From: Magallana gigas | Taxonomy: Eukaryota | DNA: 64,000 nt | Reading direction: 5' to 3' | Assembly (NCBI RefSeq): GCF_963853765.1 | Contig: NC_088859.1 | Coordinates: 1,054,001-1,118,000, forward strand | Shown: positions 40,934-53,984 of the stretch, piece by piece | Layout of the letters: the number at the start of each line of letters is the position of its first letter | Numbering within the stretch: position 1 is the stretch's first letter | Notes under the pieces: model-generated | What the model was told of the DNA's origin: nothing | The model's database searches: none | Seen by the model: only the letters and a program-made list of their open reading frames with translations | Program-made: the position numbers and the translations under genes

Positions 40934-43900
40934 CGACTCAAACTGCTGGACCAGGGAAGATAGCGCCACCACTACTTCCTGTAATACATATGTAAAACTA
41001 TCGCAACAAGGTTAGTTAATGGTGACTCAAACTGATGAAGCAAGGAAGATAGCGCCACAACCTTCCTGTAATGGAAATATCACAAGAAGGTTAATGAACT
41101 GCAACTCAAACTGCTGAACCAGGGAATAAAGCGCTACTACTTCCTGTAATAGAAATATTGTAGGTTAGTGAACGTGGACTGATCAAAGATTAGTGAACAT
41201 AGACTAAAACTGTTGGAGCAAGGAAAATAATGCCACCACCACTTCCTGAAATGTCACCACCTCATTATAGAATGAGGACTCAAGTTGCTGGACCAGGGAA
41301 GACACATCCTTCTGCAATTTGACAGCCCTGGTGTTACTGTGTGTATGGGTTAAACAAAAAGATTTGTCAGAAGAACCCTGCTGAGAAGTATACCTACTTT
41401 TCTGACCAATGGACTGCCATCATTCCCCACAGAGGCCAGCATCATCCCCACCCCCAGGTCGATGTTGTTGGCCTGGTCACTTCGGTCCGTCACACTGATG
41501 AACGTCCCCAGGGCAAACACCACACTCGCCCTCACCTGTTATAATAAAGCAGGTAAATATTGGTAACAGATACAAACCTTTTATTGTGTTTTAACACTGA
41601 GGAATCAGTTATTTCATAGAACAATTATTTAGGTTTCCTGTTTTTCATTAATTAACGGGTATGTTATTAGTTGTCAGAGTTTACTAGCATTTTCAACTTT
41701 TAAATCTTAGTTTTATGATTTAGAAAATAATGCCGAATAAATTTAATGGTTCCACAGTATTTGACAAATATTGATGTTTGTAGTAGCAGACAGCAGTATC
41801 CAATCAGACTTACCTCTGGGGATGGGTCATTAAGTAATACTGACAATTTCTCATGAGCCCTGTCCCTCACTCCACACCAGCGGGCATTGTCAAAGTTTGA
41901 CCAAACCTATAAATATCATCAAATCTGAATAAAGAGATTTCTCAACATTTCAGAAGGCCCGAAGACACCATTTCTATAATATGAACACATATCAACAAAA
42001 CTCAAAATGCTTCACATGTAAAGATAAGAATGAAAATAATTTAAATGACCAGTTTTTAGTTGCCAATAAGCATTCTGAACAATAATATCCCGACATATAA
42101 TAAAGTATAGAATTGAAACTGTAATGATTAATAAATCTTCTCCTTAAAACTAATAACTGTACAGTATATATATAAATGTGTAGACCTTTCCGAGACAGAG
42201 GGCCAGCCACTGCCTGAGGGAGGGACTGGGGTCGGACAACTGCTCCAGACAGGTGGCAATCACATTGCCCTGTAACGCTGCATCCTGTAATCATATGAAT
42301 CCAATGTAATTAATTACTAATGTGTTAATAAAATGCAATGCCAATATATAAAACTGATAACTATTTAATCAGATAATAACATGGTCTTTTTAAGTACAAT
42401 TTTTGGGAAACAAATCTAATTTTTTAAGGTTGTCAATACAGGGTTTTTTTCTGAGTGAGTTGATGACTTACCTGCCCGTTTTTGTAGTCGTTGACAATCA
42501 TGGCCAGAACAAAGGCTGCCATGGTTCTGTGCTCTGCCTGTGCAATCCACAAACAAAAATATGATTACTCAGTACCCTCACAAAATAAGAGGATTAATAA
42601 GTACAGTTTACATGTACATCAATGAAAACTTACATATACATTGTACTTGCATATTTCTGTCATATGTTTGATTTTAAGAAAATAAAATAATAAGAAATAC
42701 ATTTACAGGCATGTAAGGATCAGCTAACACGGAGAGGAAGTATTTGTGTCCATTGTCTTTCACTAAGTCTGTCTGACAGGACTGAAAAGAAATACACAAA
42801 TAAATAGACACAACTTATACATGTTCTGGTATAGTGCTTGAAAATAGTTTGTGTCACAGAATATAGATTCAAAACCAAAATTAAAGATAAATTTGAAGTC
42901 AAATTATCATGACTTGCTTAACTTAAAACTCACACTGTCAACAGACAAAATCTTGGCCCAGATAAACACAAGTAAGGGACGCAACTCTCTTGCTGAACTC
43001 TGGAGAAGTTTCAGGACGTAAGGAAAAATTCCAACGGATAAAGCCTGCAGATGTCGAATTGGAAAACACATATGTTAACAAACATAGAAGTCAGTATCTT
43101 CAATACATGCGTGACTTAATGAAATCTTCATGTCCATTTCGATAGAAAATATCAGAATCTTATATGTTAAATATATAATTTTTACCATAATTAGATGTAC
43201 ATGATATTTGACTTACAAGGCTAACTGCCCAGGGACCCAAATCCAAAAATCTGCCCAGAAGATCTAAAGCTCTCAGCCTGTGTACCTGACTAAGTAACAC
43301 CTGAAACAAAGAAGAAGGTAAACTATGTAATTATACACTGCTAGTCCTAAAATGCTATAACAGACGACAAAACTGTTAGAGTATCCTGCTAGTTGTCATA
43401 AAGCCTTACCTGTAGGACTATAGGTAGCTGTTCGGGCGGGTTTCGTTTCTCTGACCCATAGGACAGCCACACCTGGAAGGCGGTCAGCTGTTCGGTGAAG
43501 AAGGGGCTGTGGTGGAACTGAGCGTTTTCGTCCTCCAGCAGGGTAGGTAACTGTCGCAGGCAAATATCCAAGGCCAAGTCCCATGCCTGCCTGTCAAACG
43601 TATTGTCAAGAGTTCATAAGCAATGCTAGGTAAATCTACCGGTAAAGTGGATTGATTGTGCAATAGAATATTTTTGCAAATGTCAAATTTCTAAAGATTC
43701 AAATAAATTATCACCACACATATGTCAAAATTTCTAAAAAAAATCACAAAAATTATCACCACACAAATGTCAAAATTTCTAAAAAATTCACAAAAATTAA
43801 CACCACACATATGTCCAATTTCTAAAGATTCTAAAAAATTATCACCACACATAAGATACGTCATAAAACTGAATTAGGTTAATCTTGAAAATTGAACGGT

Positions 43901-44721
43901 TATCCTCTGTATGAACTGATGAAAAGTTATGAAAATATTCTAATAATGAAGTAGAGACTTACCACATGGGGTGCTGGTACGTGGGAGGGAGGCGGGGACT
44001 TGACATTGGTGTACAGTTATACGACCTCATTATTCTCTCAGCCAATAGAAAGTTACGAAACAGACTGGCAACTAACAAGTCCTGTCTAAATAACTTCTGA
44101 AACAGCTCTATAAAGGGGAATTTTAAGAAGTTTAAGTGCATGTAAATTTATGTTTTTAAAAACTCTAATTGATGTGCAAATGCTAAATATAAATGCAAAA
44201 AATAAAAGCTCATTTAACAAAGGTCTCAGACTAATCTATATGACTAAATATTTACATTCTACTGTGTTTTTCCATTACATTCCGTGATGTTTAAATGCAT
44301 CTAAATGCAACAAGTAGTCAAAGGTCAAATTGACGAGTTTTATTATGACGTCACAAACGTTGAACGCTGTAAACTGCAACGTCACAAGCGAAAATCAAAG
44401 TTCACGCTTGTGGCTGTTACTGTGGCTCTTCCATTAATATTACTTACCCTTAGGATAAGATAGGATTTTTAAGGTATGAATCACATTTGCAGACAAGGCA
44501 AGAAGTTAAAAAAAATGTAAATATAAGCATTAAATCATGATTTTTTGAAGTATACACTCTCATAACTGCAGCGCTGTGTGCATACAAATTTTCATAACGC
44601 GCTAACGCGCGTTACTCAATTTGTATGCACACACCGCTGCAGTTATGAGAGTGTATACTTCAAAAAATCATGATTCAATGCTATAGTACCATCCTTACCT
44701 CTTGGCAGGGTGTTCCATGCT

Positions 44722-44753
<32 letters not shown>

Positions 44754-44754
44754 C

Positions 44755-44785
<31 letters not shown>

Positions 44786-46444
44786 ACTGACCCGGAACCC
44801 TGCAAAATTAGGTTTCTTTTTCATTAAACACAACCTAGGTTTAATTTTCATATATTGATAATATGGTTGAATTACATGTACCGGGTATATAAAAAAATAA
44901 TTTCAGCTGATATGTGACATAGACATCTCTATGATTGACCTAAATACTTACTTATCAACCAGATCCAAGGTAATATTTGGTACTAATCGCCCAGTATTTT
45001 GGAGAACATACCTACAATAAAATAATTCAACATTTAAATGAAGTCTATAGATCTTGTATAAACAGGATCAAGTTTATTCCAGGCTGTGTTAACCAGCCTG
45101 GGCTTTCAACTATTGAACACTTTGTTTAAACAGTACATGAAAAATGCATAATTCCAATAACTGAGCAGTATTGTAAAGGCTGATTTGAGAAACCATTTTT
45201 AAGGTGCCTCACTACACCTTGAAATAGTTTCTCAAATCAGCAGAAAATTACTTGATTATGAGAGAAAGCATGATGGATAAGAAGTATCTATATCAAATAG
45301 GCGAAAAAATGTGCAATTTTAGATAAAAATTGGATTTTCAAAAATTTGATTCAGTAAACATAAACAAAAGCCCCAGGTGGATTCAAACTCATGACCTGCG
45401 GTTCACAAGCCTGATACTTTAACCACTGGGCTATGACAATATACATCTGAATCTATTGATACAAACAGTTTAACAAAACATTTAAAATGCCATCTTCTGA
45501 CGTAGTGTCTTAAAAAGTACAAGTCTAGGTGTAGTGAGGTACCTTAAGGTTTATGTTAATGAGACATCACATATCCGGGTTTTCACTTTTCAATTATTGA
45601 ATACATTGTACATGTATAAACAGTATATAGTAAGTTCTATCACTGAGCACTGTCAAGAAGGCTTGTTTACGAACTTTACGAACCATTTTAGAGCTATTCT
45701 GATTGGTGTAGTGAGGCAGGAAGTGAAGAGATCGGCAGGCAGCTCTGGATTCATGGGAAGTAACTCCGATACTCCACATGCGGCGAGCTGGATACAATTT
45801 CTGACGGAGGAGACAGCTGGGGTGGGGCTACCGAACCTTGGGGTGGATCCATTCAGCCCAGACTAAAGATACAGAGATATGCATATACATGAATTTCCTG
45901 TACCTGTCAAATACTGATAATATAGCTTTCCCTCTAACATATTTCACATTTCAAGTACAAAATCAAAAGAATACAGCATTTCTTTAATTTCTATTCCATG
46001 GAGAAGAATATAAGGATATATATACATGTATATTCATCATGAATCATCTACACCTTTTAATATGTCATCATCAAAAGCTGTTCGTGCTTGTTTTTCCTTT
46101 TTCTTGTTTACCTCAAGTTCTGACTCCCTTTGTTGCGAGAACTGTCTGAAGAGCTCTATGATAATCCCGGCATTGGAGCAGTCATACACATAGATGGACG
46201 GGCTGCCCATCCAAGTCTGCAGGTCGTACACAGACAGCGGGATGTACTGGGTGTAGCTCTGATAAATATAACCAGAGAATCTATTGAAACAACTCATTCA
46301 GAAGATTTTTCAGTTGACAAAGAGATAGTTTTGTCCTTTAATCTCGTAAGAATTTTTTTCACCAGATTTTGAAATTAAAAGACAAAGTTTTCTTAATGTT
46401 CCTTTTTATGCCATACCTTATTGAACACCCATATTTCTCCATTT

Positions 46445-46485
<41 letters not shown>

Positions 46486-47287
46486 AACTCTTTCCTCCTG
46501 GGATAAAAAACAACTCGGTATGATCAAAAACAACAGAATATTTCCCATTTATCAATTTTTTACTGATAACTATTCCAAGATTCAAAACTGAAAATTAAAT
46601 TTGAACTAATTTCTTCAAAATTGAAACAACATTTACTTTGGCATTCCGTCTGAGTGATGAGCATAATTTTTTCACTTCATCCACAGTTGGGTCCAGGCTT
46701 TGCTTGTACCTAGCTCTGGGCTGCCATCTTTCATACTGTTTTTGTAGATTAGCCCCAATGGCCTCCAGAGCTTTCTGGGAGCTGAGGGGATCGATCCAAC
46801 ATTCCAACCGTGCACATGGGGAGGTCTTTACAACATCAGGAGGGTCAACTCCAACATTTAAACATAACACCAGGGCCACACTCACTGTTTTCATCTGTAT
46901 CAAATTCAAAATACATTCTATAAACATTGAAACAGATTTCTTTACTTGTCTACATGCCCAGTTTCAGTTTCAGATAAGAGGTACATCAGCATGATTAGCA
47001 TGACACCAACTGATAAATTAATTGCAAATTACAGGTTATAATTTTTAAGATGAGGCATACATGAGGGAGGATAACAGAGCTAAATAAACTCAATAATCTC
47101 ATAAAAACATGTGCTTTATACTGCATACCCTCTCTTTCATTCTCCATGTTTGAGCCACTTTCTTTGACCCCTGTATTTTCTCACGGTGTCTCAATTCATT
47201 AAAAGCAATCAACAAGTCCCAATCGCTTGCCTCCTCCTCTTCCTCTTGAATCTCGTTGATAAATGGCACTTCTAATTCACTCGACAT
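31060..47287 (-). CDS. RPTOR: Regulatory-associated protein of mTOR (Raptor), 30 coding exons, about 1274 aa
   Basis: Exons: 47287-47129, 46894-46637, 46497-46417, 46258-46112, 45862-45684, 45011-44952, 44799-44699, 44107-43963, 43590-43410, 43300-43217, 43044-42934, 42781-42707, 42537-42472, 42284-42186, 41906-41814, 41535-41398, 40978-40822, 39110-38878, 38199-38105, 37989-37830, 37581-37368, 36953-36839, 36726-36602, 34532-34425, 33321-33215, 32692-32562, 32201-32115, 32003-31887, 31577-31448, 31128-31060 (3825 nt, all phases agree). RNC domain ([21 protein letters not shown]; HYNGHGVP), HEAT repeats, SAPSSP phospho-linker and C-terminal WD40s. Confidence 0.98.
32250..32458. mobile_element. 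Intronic MITE, same family as 5105-5272
   Basis: tactgtatacagggaaatac ... ggggtgaaaataccccatatacagta. Confidence 0.65.
32693..32935. repeat. 22-bp minisatellite (about 11 copies) derived from the acceptor of Raptor exon 26
   Basis: Unit cacaggtacacatacagtaaac abuts the exon. Most copies lack the AG on the minus strand. Confidence 0.92.
34780..36657. repeat. 76-bp minisatellite (24 donor-bearing copies) made of the 3' end of Raptor exon 23 plus its 5' splice site
   Basis: Unit catgtactcacctgttccacacaacaacagggactcattgtgagggttgatgaagtccatggctgatgtctctata. On the minus strand it encodes [18 protein letters not shown]|gtgagt. Confidence 0.97.
38570..38898. repeat. 29-30-bp minisatellite (11 copies) made of the end of Raptor exon 18 plus its donor
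   Basis: Unit ctaccttgagtttgagagcattgacttagg = rc of GTCAATGCTCTCAAACTCAAG|gtag. Confidence 0.94.
40985..41320. repeat. About 4 degenerate copies of the Raptor exon 17 acceptor and exon start
   Basis: Blocks resembling actcaaactgctggaccagggaagatagcgccaccactacttcctgta recur near 41025, 41105, 41210 and 41280. Confidence 0.75.
43700..43852. repeat. About 45-bp intronic tandem repeat (about 4 copies)
   Basis: aattatcaccacacatatgtcaaaatttctaaa units. Confidence 0.75.
44526..44682. mobile_element. Near-perfect palindromic MITE just downstream of a Raptor donor
   Basis: agcattaaatcatgattttttgaagtatacactctcataactgcagcg ... cgctgcagttatgagagtgtatacttcaaaaaatcatgattcaatgct. A half copy lies at about 51360-51436. 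Confidence 0.8.
45203..45543. mobile_element. TTAA-flanked MITE containing a tRNA-like segment
   Basis: TTAA|ggtgcctcactacacct ... aggtgtagtgaggtacc|TTAA. The minus strand at 45435-45370 has an A-box (tagcccagtgg) and a B-box-like sequence (gtttgaatcc). Confidence 0.8.
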
Positions 47288-48448
47288 TTTAAGCAATAAA
47301 AGTTTTACACGTTTTTCTGTCCAGGGACACAATAATTTATTTGTTTACAGTTGTACCTCGACATATTCTGCTTTTTTACAAAAAACAGAGACATCATTTT
47401 GTGTCAAATAGAAACACCGAGAAGAAGTAAAATTTGTATCTTCAATAAAATCTCTGCAACTTCGTTTTTGGTGACACAAAACGCAATTAAACCCAGTTAA
47501 GTCATACCATCATAACCATGTGAGATAACTTGTAATACAAGATCTCACTAATGAACGAAATTGTGTAAAAGAACGCGATGTGCAAATATAGAACAAAAAA
47601 TGAATTGCATGAAATCCACCTGAAGTATTACAACATTTCCTTGATTAAATGACCAAAATTCAGCGATAAATGATTGAGGTTCGTAAACTGTAAAGTAAAA
47701 TGATTATCTAATTAGATCGGGTTCGGGCGTGATATTTCAATTGATTTACCCAAAAGGACCCAAATGAAACCATTTATCGGAAATTGGGTGATAATTTTAT
47801 GAAAGCATCTACATCATTTTCATTTTTAGCGATACAATCATAATTTTGTTTATAATTAAGGTTGAATATTAATTTAGTTTATAATGAGAATATTAATGTA
47901 CTTACGTGTTGGTTAAAATGTCCATAAATTAATAAAAAAAAAAAGGAACTTTAACCAGGGACGTAATATACTAACTATGTTATATATGTCTCTGCTTTAA
48001 CATAAAAGTTAGAATTGTCTTTCTTTGATGGTGGTACATTTGTTGCTGGGGAGGGGAAAACAATTTCAAGAAATAGATGTTCAAATAACAATTAAAAAAA
48101 TTCATATATCCCTAATCAGACTTGTTTTCTTCTAAGCTGAGCAGGCTTGTGATAATAAAAAAGACCTTTACCGTTCGCCACTTTCATCTAAAACTTGTCG
48201 TATTTTCATCATTTCTCCAAAAATTGGTTAAAGGAGAGACATAAAATAAAGTGTTATTTATGTCTCTGGTTAAAGAGTTTTCGAATTTGCCAGGGTTATA
48301 TAGGACCATGTCCATTCAGGTTGATAAATAGTAAAAAATGAAAATAGTGAGGATTGTTTTAAAAAATGTTATTATCGAAAACCAATTTATGAAAAAAGTC
48401 CACACATATATAGTAACATCAAATCGTTTGCATTAGACTCGATCTCTT

Positions 48449-48601
48449 NNNNNNNNNNNNNNNNNNNNNNNNNNNNNNNNNNNNNNNNNNNNNNNNNNNN
48501 NNNNNNNNNNNNNNNNNNNNNNNNNNNNNNNNNNNNNNNNNNNNNNNNNNNNNNNNNNNNNNNNNNNNNNNNNNNNNNNNNNNNNNNNNNNNNNNNNNNN
48601 N
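48449..48601. other. Assembly gap (153 N)
   Basis: Run of N. Confidence 1.
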
Positions 48602-49898
48602 TATCTTGAAGAAAATGGACGCTTTAATGCGTTAATGCCCCCCCCCCCCCCATTGTATCACAATTGAAAGAGGAGGAGCCTAATTTTCAACACAAAAATG
48701 AACTCAGTAACAATTCTCGATTATAATATATAACAGTAATAAACCTGAATAAGCAATTTATTACTAACATACTTCGTAACCCGCTGTATGACACCTGATG
48801 GATTCGTTAGATCACCCCTTGGATTCACATCCTGTCTATTCCCCCCGCGCTACAATGGTTTTTTGAATTTAGGTTTCGTCTTGCAATATTAATCAAATGT
48901 AAGTTTTTTTCTGATGAATTGACGCCGAATACCACATCAGTGATTGTATTCCAGTCAGCAAAAATGTTTTCGAACAAGATAAAAAAAATTGTTTTACAGC
49001 AGCGCTCAGAGAGATAAATTAATGGATGGTCCCTTTTTCTAACATTTCATTGCGTTTGAGTGTATATTTCCTTAATACAGACATAGAATAACTTCAAATT
49101 TCAATTATTTTCTCAGTGCGTCAATCTCACTGTTATTTTTGTCTTTTGAATATGTGTCTGACACATTCACTAGTCGTGGACTTGCTTCCAAGTGGAATAA
49201 AATATTAAACGGAAAAAAAAAATAAATATTCAAGCATCTTTATTGAAAAAGAATTCAGCAGCTGTTTGTTTGGTATTTATTTTTTTTTTTGGAGTTTGAT
49301 AATTTTTTTCCGTTTATTTACATGTTTTCTACCAAGCTCTTTGTTACCTCTACCATTAAAAATAAATGGACAGCAATTTTGCAAACGCAAAGGAGAAATC
49401 ATTATAAAGGGAGTGTAAATAACACTTCAATTGTGTATACAACTTTTATTTGGCTCAGTGAATTCTGCTATTTATCGAAACCTATAAATATTATTAAATA
49501 AAAGCGGCATTTAAAAACAAAAGTTTCTGTTAATAACTATTTAAATGGAATAAATATCTGCTATCTTCAGTGCAGTTTTAAAACATATTTTTTAACAAAT
49601 AAAATAATTTCGAAGATAGATTCTAATATTAGATTGTCTTTGCTAACCTATTTCAGTGACCTATTACAACTTGTTATACGTCCATGAAATATTGAAAAAT
49701 ATGTCAAATTTGCAAAATGACACAGTTTTGCAATGGATCAACATTTCAACAGAATAAAAGGCAGTGAATTTTCCAAAGATCAAATCCAAGTAAAACCAGC
49801 CGCCAACAATATACTAGTATTAGGATAGACTGGTCAACAATCTAGCTACAGTGTACACTCATGCAGTGAAATTTACAAGTGCGCGTTTTGTTGTTTAA

Positions 49899-50387
49899 AG
49901 GAGCATGGTCACGATTTTGGTCAAAAATTATTTTTCCGATTTTAATATTTACAATGCTTTAGAAAGGCATTTTGAATAGGCATACGAAATTTGAATGTCA
50001 TTTGTTGAATTATAGGCGAGTTACAGAGCTTGAAATTCTTCGCTATGTAAACAAAGTGTTTGTTTACATTTTAAACATTGAAGTAAAATTTTTAGTTTAA
50101 AACCTAAAACGAATGTGTTTAACGTAAGAAACTGTTTATCTATGCTTAAAATAAATACAAAAATAGACAAATAAGCTGAATTGTTTTTACTGGTATATTG
50201 AACCTATGTAAACAAAAACAGGGCACGAACCTTGATTACATGACAAAGAATTGTGAGCCATGTATCTTGCTTATTACTCTACGAATGACTCGCAAATTTT
50301 ATTTGATCACCAGAGTTGCATTTCTAAAGCATTGTAAATAATAAAAACATACAAATAGAATTTGACCAAAATCGTGACCATGCCCCT
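49899..50387. mobile_element. TTAA-type MITE; degenerate relative at about 11610-11990
   Basis: TTAA|aggagcatggtcacgattttggtcaaa ... tttgaccaaaatcgtgaccatgcccct|TTAG. Confidence 0.8.
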
Positions 50388-51774
50388 TTAGCAATCAATA
50401 GGTCTTTTGGATGTTGCATCTTATCGTTTGATTTCATACCTTTAATTATCATTTTTTTTAAAATTCAATATTTTCTCCATTCATTTATACATGTGGGGGA
50501 GGATAGCGTAGTATACATATAACTCCAATGTCACTTAATTTCCTTATTTTCATTTCAGTTTTTTACATAGTCCCCCAAGAAAGTGAGGAGGGGGACTGGC
50601 TTCCTGATACTTCAATTTTTTATATGTAAATTTAAGAAAAATGATGTTTGTTGCGAGAAAATGTGGAGGGAGGGGGGCTGACCACCTCCCTGATGCTACG
50701 TGGCTGATAGTTACATGTATGTCTAACTTTGCAAAAACAAAATGGGGGCTTAGCCTCACCTAGCTCCACAGGTTCCGACACCCATGCTTCATGTAAATTA
50801 AGGGGAGGGTCCAAGAGTCTGAGGAGTCTCACATTATCTACACCCCAGCAAAATTTGTTAACTTTTGGTAAAAAAAGACCTGCAGACCTTTAATGGCCAA
50901 TCTTTTATAAAACTCAGTTTCATTTATAATTCACGCGACATGCATACAAATTATTTCAATAATCATATAATGCACAGAAAACTAAAGTAGAAACTATGCC
51001 GCCATATTTGTCACCCTCCTTTTATATAAAAAATTTCTTGAATTCTGTCCCATTGACAGTGAATTTCACAATTTATGAACAAAATAACAACAATGCAATT
51101 AGTTTATCTCTCACGACTGTGATAGTGCAGAAGAATATACTATTACATATAATAGTACATACATGTAATTAATACATTTTCACGATGTCACCATATTTGA
51201 CCCCTGACCCAGGGGCCATTGATTTCGCAATTTAGATAGGGGACTCCATGGACATCAGAATCAAATCATGCATTTAGTTTTTCTCAATTATATATACGAG
51301 TAAGTAAAGAAGAATTTATATGATTAAATACATTTTCACTCTATGGCTATATAGTTAGGGTGCGTTATTCAATTTGTATGGACACACCGTTGCAGTTATG
51401 AAACCTTATCTTTCAAAAAATAACGATTCAATGCTTAAGTGTCCAGTGTTAGGATAGGCTCCAGAAACAAGTGCGTTATGATTAAATTCACACGTGAAAC
51501 AACAGGGGGAACCTAAGTGTGTGTCTTGGGGGGAGGGGGGGGGGGGTGCTAACTCCCATTTATTTTTAAAATATCTTACCATTTAGTTTTCCCATACAGT
51601 ATAAAAACATTACATTTAGATGGTACGCTAATAGTAATGGATCTTAATGTGTAATTTGAGGATAAGAGACAAACGCTCTCCCATGACTTAGAATTTTGAC
51701 GATGGTGAAGTTCAAGGGTTTTTTTCTTTTTTAATTTGAAGGGAGGGGGAGAGGGCTGTTAAAACCTTTGGATA

Positions 51775-52861
51775 GGGTTGTCCCCTTTTTAAAACGATGC
51801 TCAGCGGATGGGTATGTCTTTTAATTACCAAGCTTTAAAATAATTGTGGGGGTAAAACGATTGAAATCGTGTGTTAAAGTATAAAGATTAAAATAATCCA
51901 GTCGAATTTTCGCACCCTTGCAGTGCGAAACTGTAATACTGAATCTTGAACAAGGTGCCATGAATTTCACATGTTTGGTAGAGTGCCCAGTGGTCATTAT
52001 GACACGCATTTAGTATTTTATATATATGTAGAGACTTAGAGAACTTTCTTTTTTGTTAAAATTTAGCCAATTTTGTATATTTAGCCCCGTCCAGGAGGCC
52101 CCAAGGATGATAGGGCCATAAGTTTCACAATCAAGATTCTTCTTTTTTTAGAGATGCTTCAGACCAAAAAACGATATAATTCAAGAAGTTAAAAATGTAA
52201 AATTAGAGAGGTTTAGCAGTCCAAGGGGTACGCATATTTGTACGTGTAGGTTACAAGTTAGAGTCATTGCATGTTTTGGAGGAAGAGATATGTGTATTAA
52301 AACTCCAATAACATATTAAATTTTAATGAAAATTTATGTTTGGTAATATCAGTATTCGCATTAAATATTCAGGCTTAAGAAAAATAAACATATTTGTTAA
52401 AATAACAAGTTTTCTTACGGATACTTTGCAATTTACACGTATATTCGTTCGGGTACATGTATACGTGTAGAAATTCGTCATTACACAAACTGATGCCGTA
52501 ATGCACATATATATTTTCCTTTCTACACGTACACGTACGCGTAAACTTTGGTTTGCTAAACCTCTCTATTGTTAACGAATGACGTACGTCGCACAATACA
52601 CGACCAATTGCAACAGGTCATCAGAGTGACTCAGGTGACCTAAAATACTATAGATTCTAGTTATACAAAAGTAGAGCTTTGTAAAAACCCAGAACCAATA
52701 CAATCTTCGCACTGCAAGGGTGCGAAAATTCGACTGGATTATTTTAATCTATGATACTTTCACACACGATTTCAATCCTTTCACCTTCACAATTATTCAA
52801 AAGCTTGGTAACTAGATGACATACCCATCCGCTTAGCATCGTTTAAAAATGGGGACAACCC
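51775..52861. mobile_element. Non-autonomous DNA transposon with about 165-bp TIRs and TA duplication
   Basis: TA|gggttgtcccc..cgcacccttgcagtgcgaa at left; its reverse complement at about 52706-52861|TA. Confidence 0.8.
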
Positions 52862-53984
52862 TATAATTCTGTGTTAAGTGTAAATATTTACATTCAATAT
52901 TTATTTCCCCTATGTTTGCATTTGAAATCTGCGACGTTAAATGTCCTATTTAATTTGATGATTTTTCTTATTGTTCAAAGTCTAGTAAAAGAAAGGCGTG
53001 AATTTAACCATTGTTCCCATGCTTTGCTAAAAGCACGCAAACGTCACTTTACTACCAGTAGCGTCGGAAGCAAAGTGGGGGGCTTGATTTTATAAGAAAT
53101 TCTTGACAAGCAAAACAAAAAAAGATGTTGGGAGGGGGGGGGGGGTCGTTATATGGTTATGTAAATTTGCACAAAAAGTGTGTGTGTGTGGGGGGGGGGG
53201 GGGGCGCTATGTCCGTAGAGTATTTATGGATGATTTACAATTGGATCTTTTTTCACACTTCTATTTTTTTTCCCTCTTTGTACTAAATTTATGTTACAAT
53301 ATCTGTTTTAGTTTCTTAAACATTGCTTGGTTTTATCTATAAACTTGACGATTTATTGACCCCCTCCCCGGGTCAACATCAGGGCTGCAAGAAGTCTTCA
53401 TGGATCACTTTCTTAATTCCTAAGGGGCCCGAGGTGAAACTTTCTCCAAAATTTTCATCAAACAAATAACCATTCTTGATGTGTATTGAGTAGAGTTTAG
53501 AACAACTGACGTACCTTGATATACGTTAATTTTAAGAAAGTGTTTTTATATCATTGCTACCTTCTACCTGATGCAACTTTTTTAGATGAACGCGATCCCC
53601 TGCACAGACCAGATTTTTTGATGTTGTCCTTAGTTCTTCTCCCACAGAGTATGTATGGTGATATATGTATCTGTTCGAGTTAATCTAAATTCTCCTCTAG
53701 TCAACCATACTTCCGCTATTACAAAGACCAAGGACACATTCCGATATACAGTTGCTAAGTTGTAATATGTAATGACCTTTTGATGAAGTTGAAATATAAG
53801 ATTTTGAAAAGACTAACAGAAGTTTGATGTCGTTGTACAATCTGATTATGATCAACTCTACTCTCGAGAGCGGGAGCGTGTGAAGCAGTAGATTTATATC
53901 AAATATGACGTCATTAGGCACAATTACTTCATCCATCGAAGATAAAAATGACTAATTATTTAAAAATGCATCTCTTAATGAAAT

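Noticed and set aside
45370-45435. Functional tRNA gene
   Set aside because: The acceptor and anticodon stems pair poorly, the B-box is mutated, and it lies inside a MITE.
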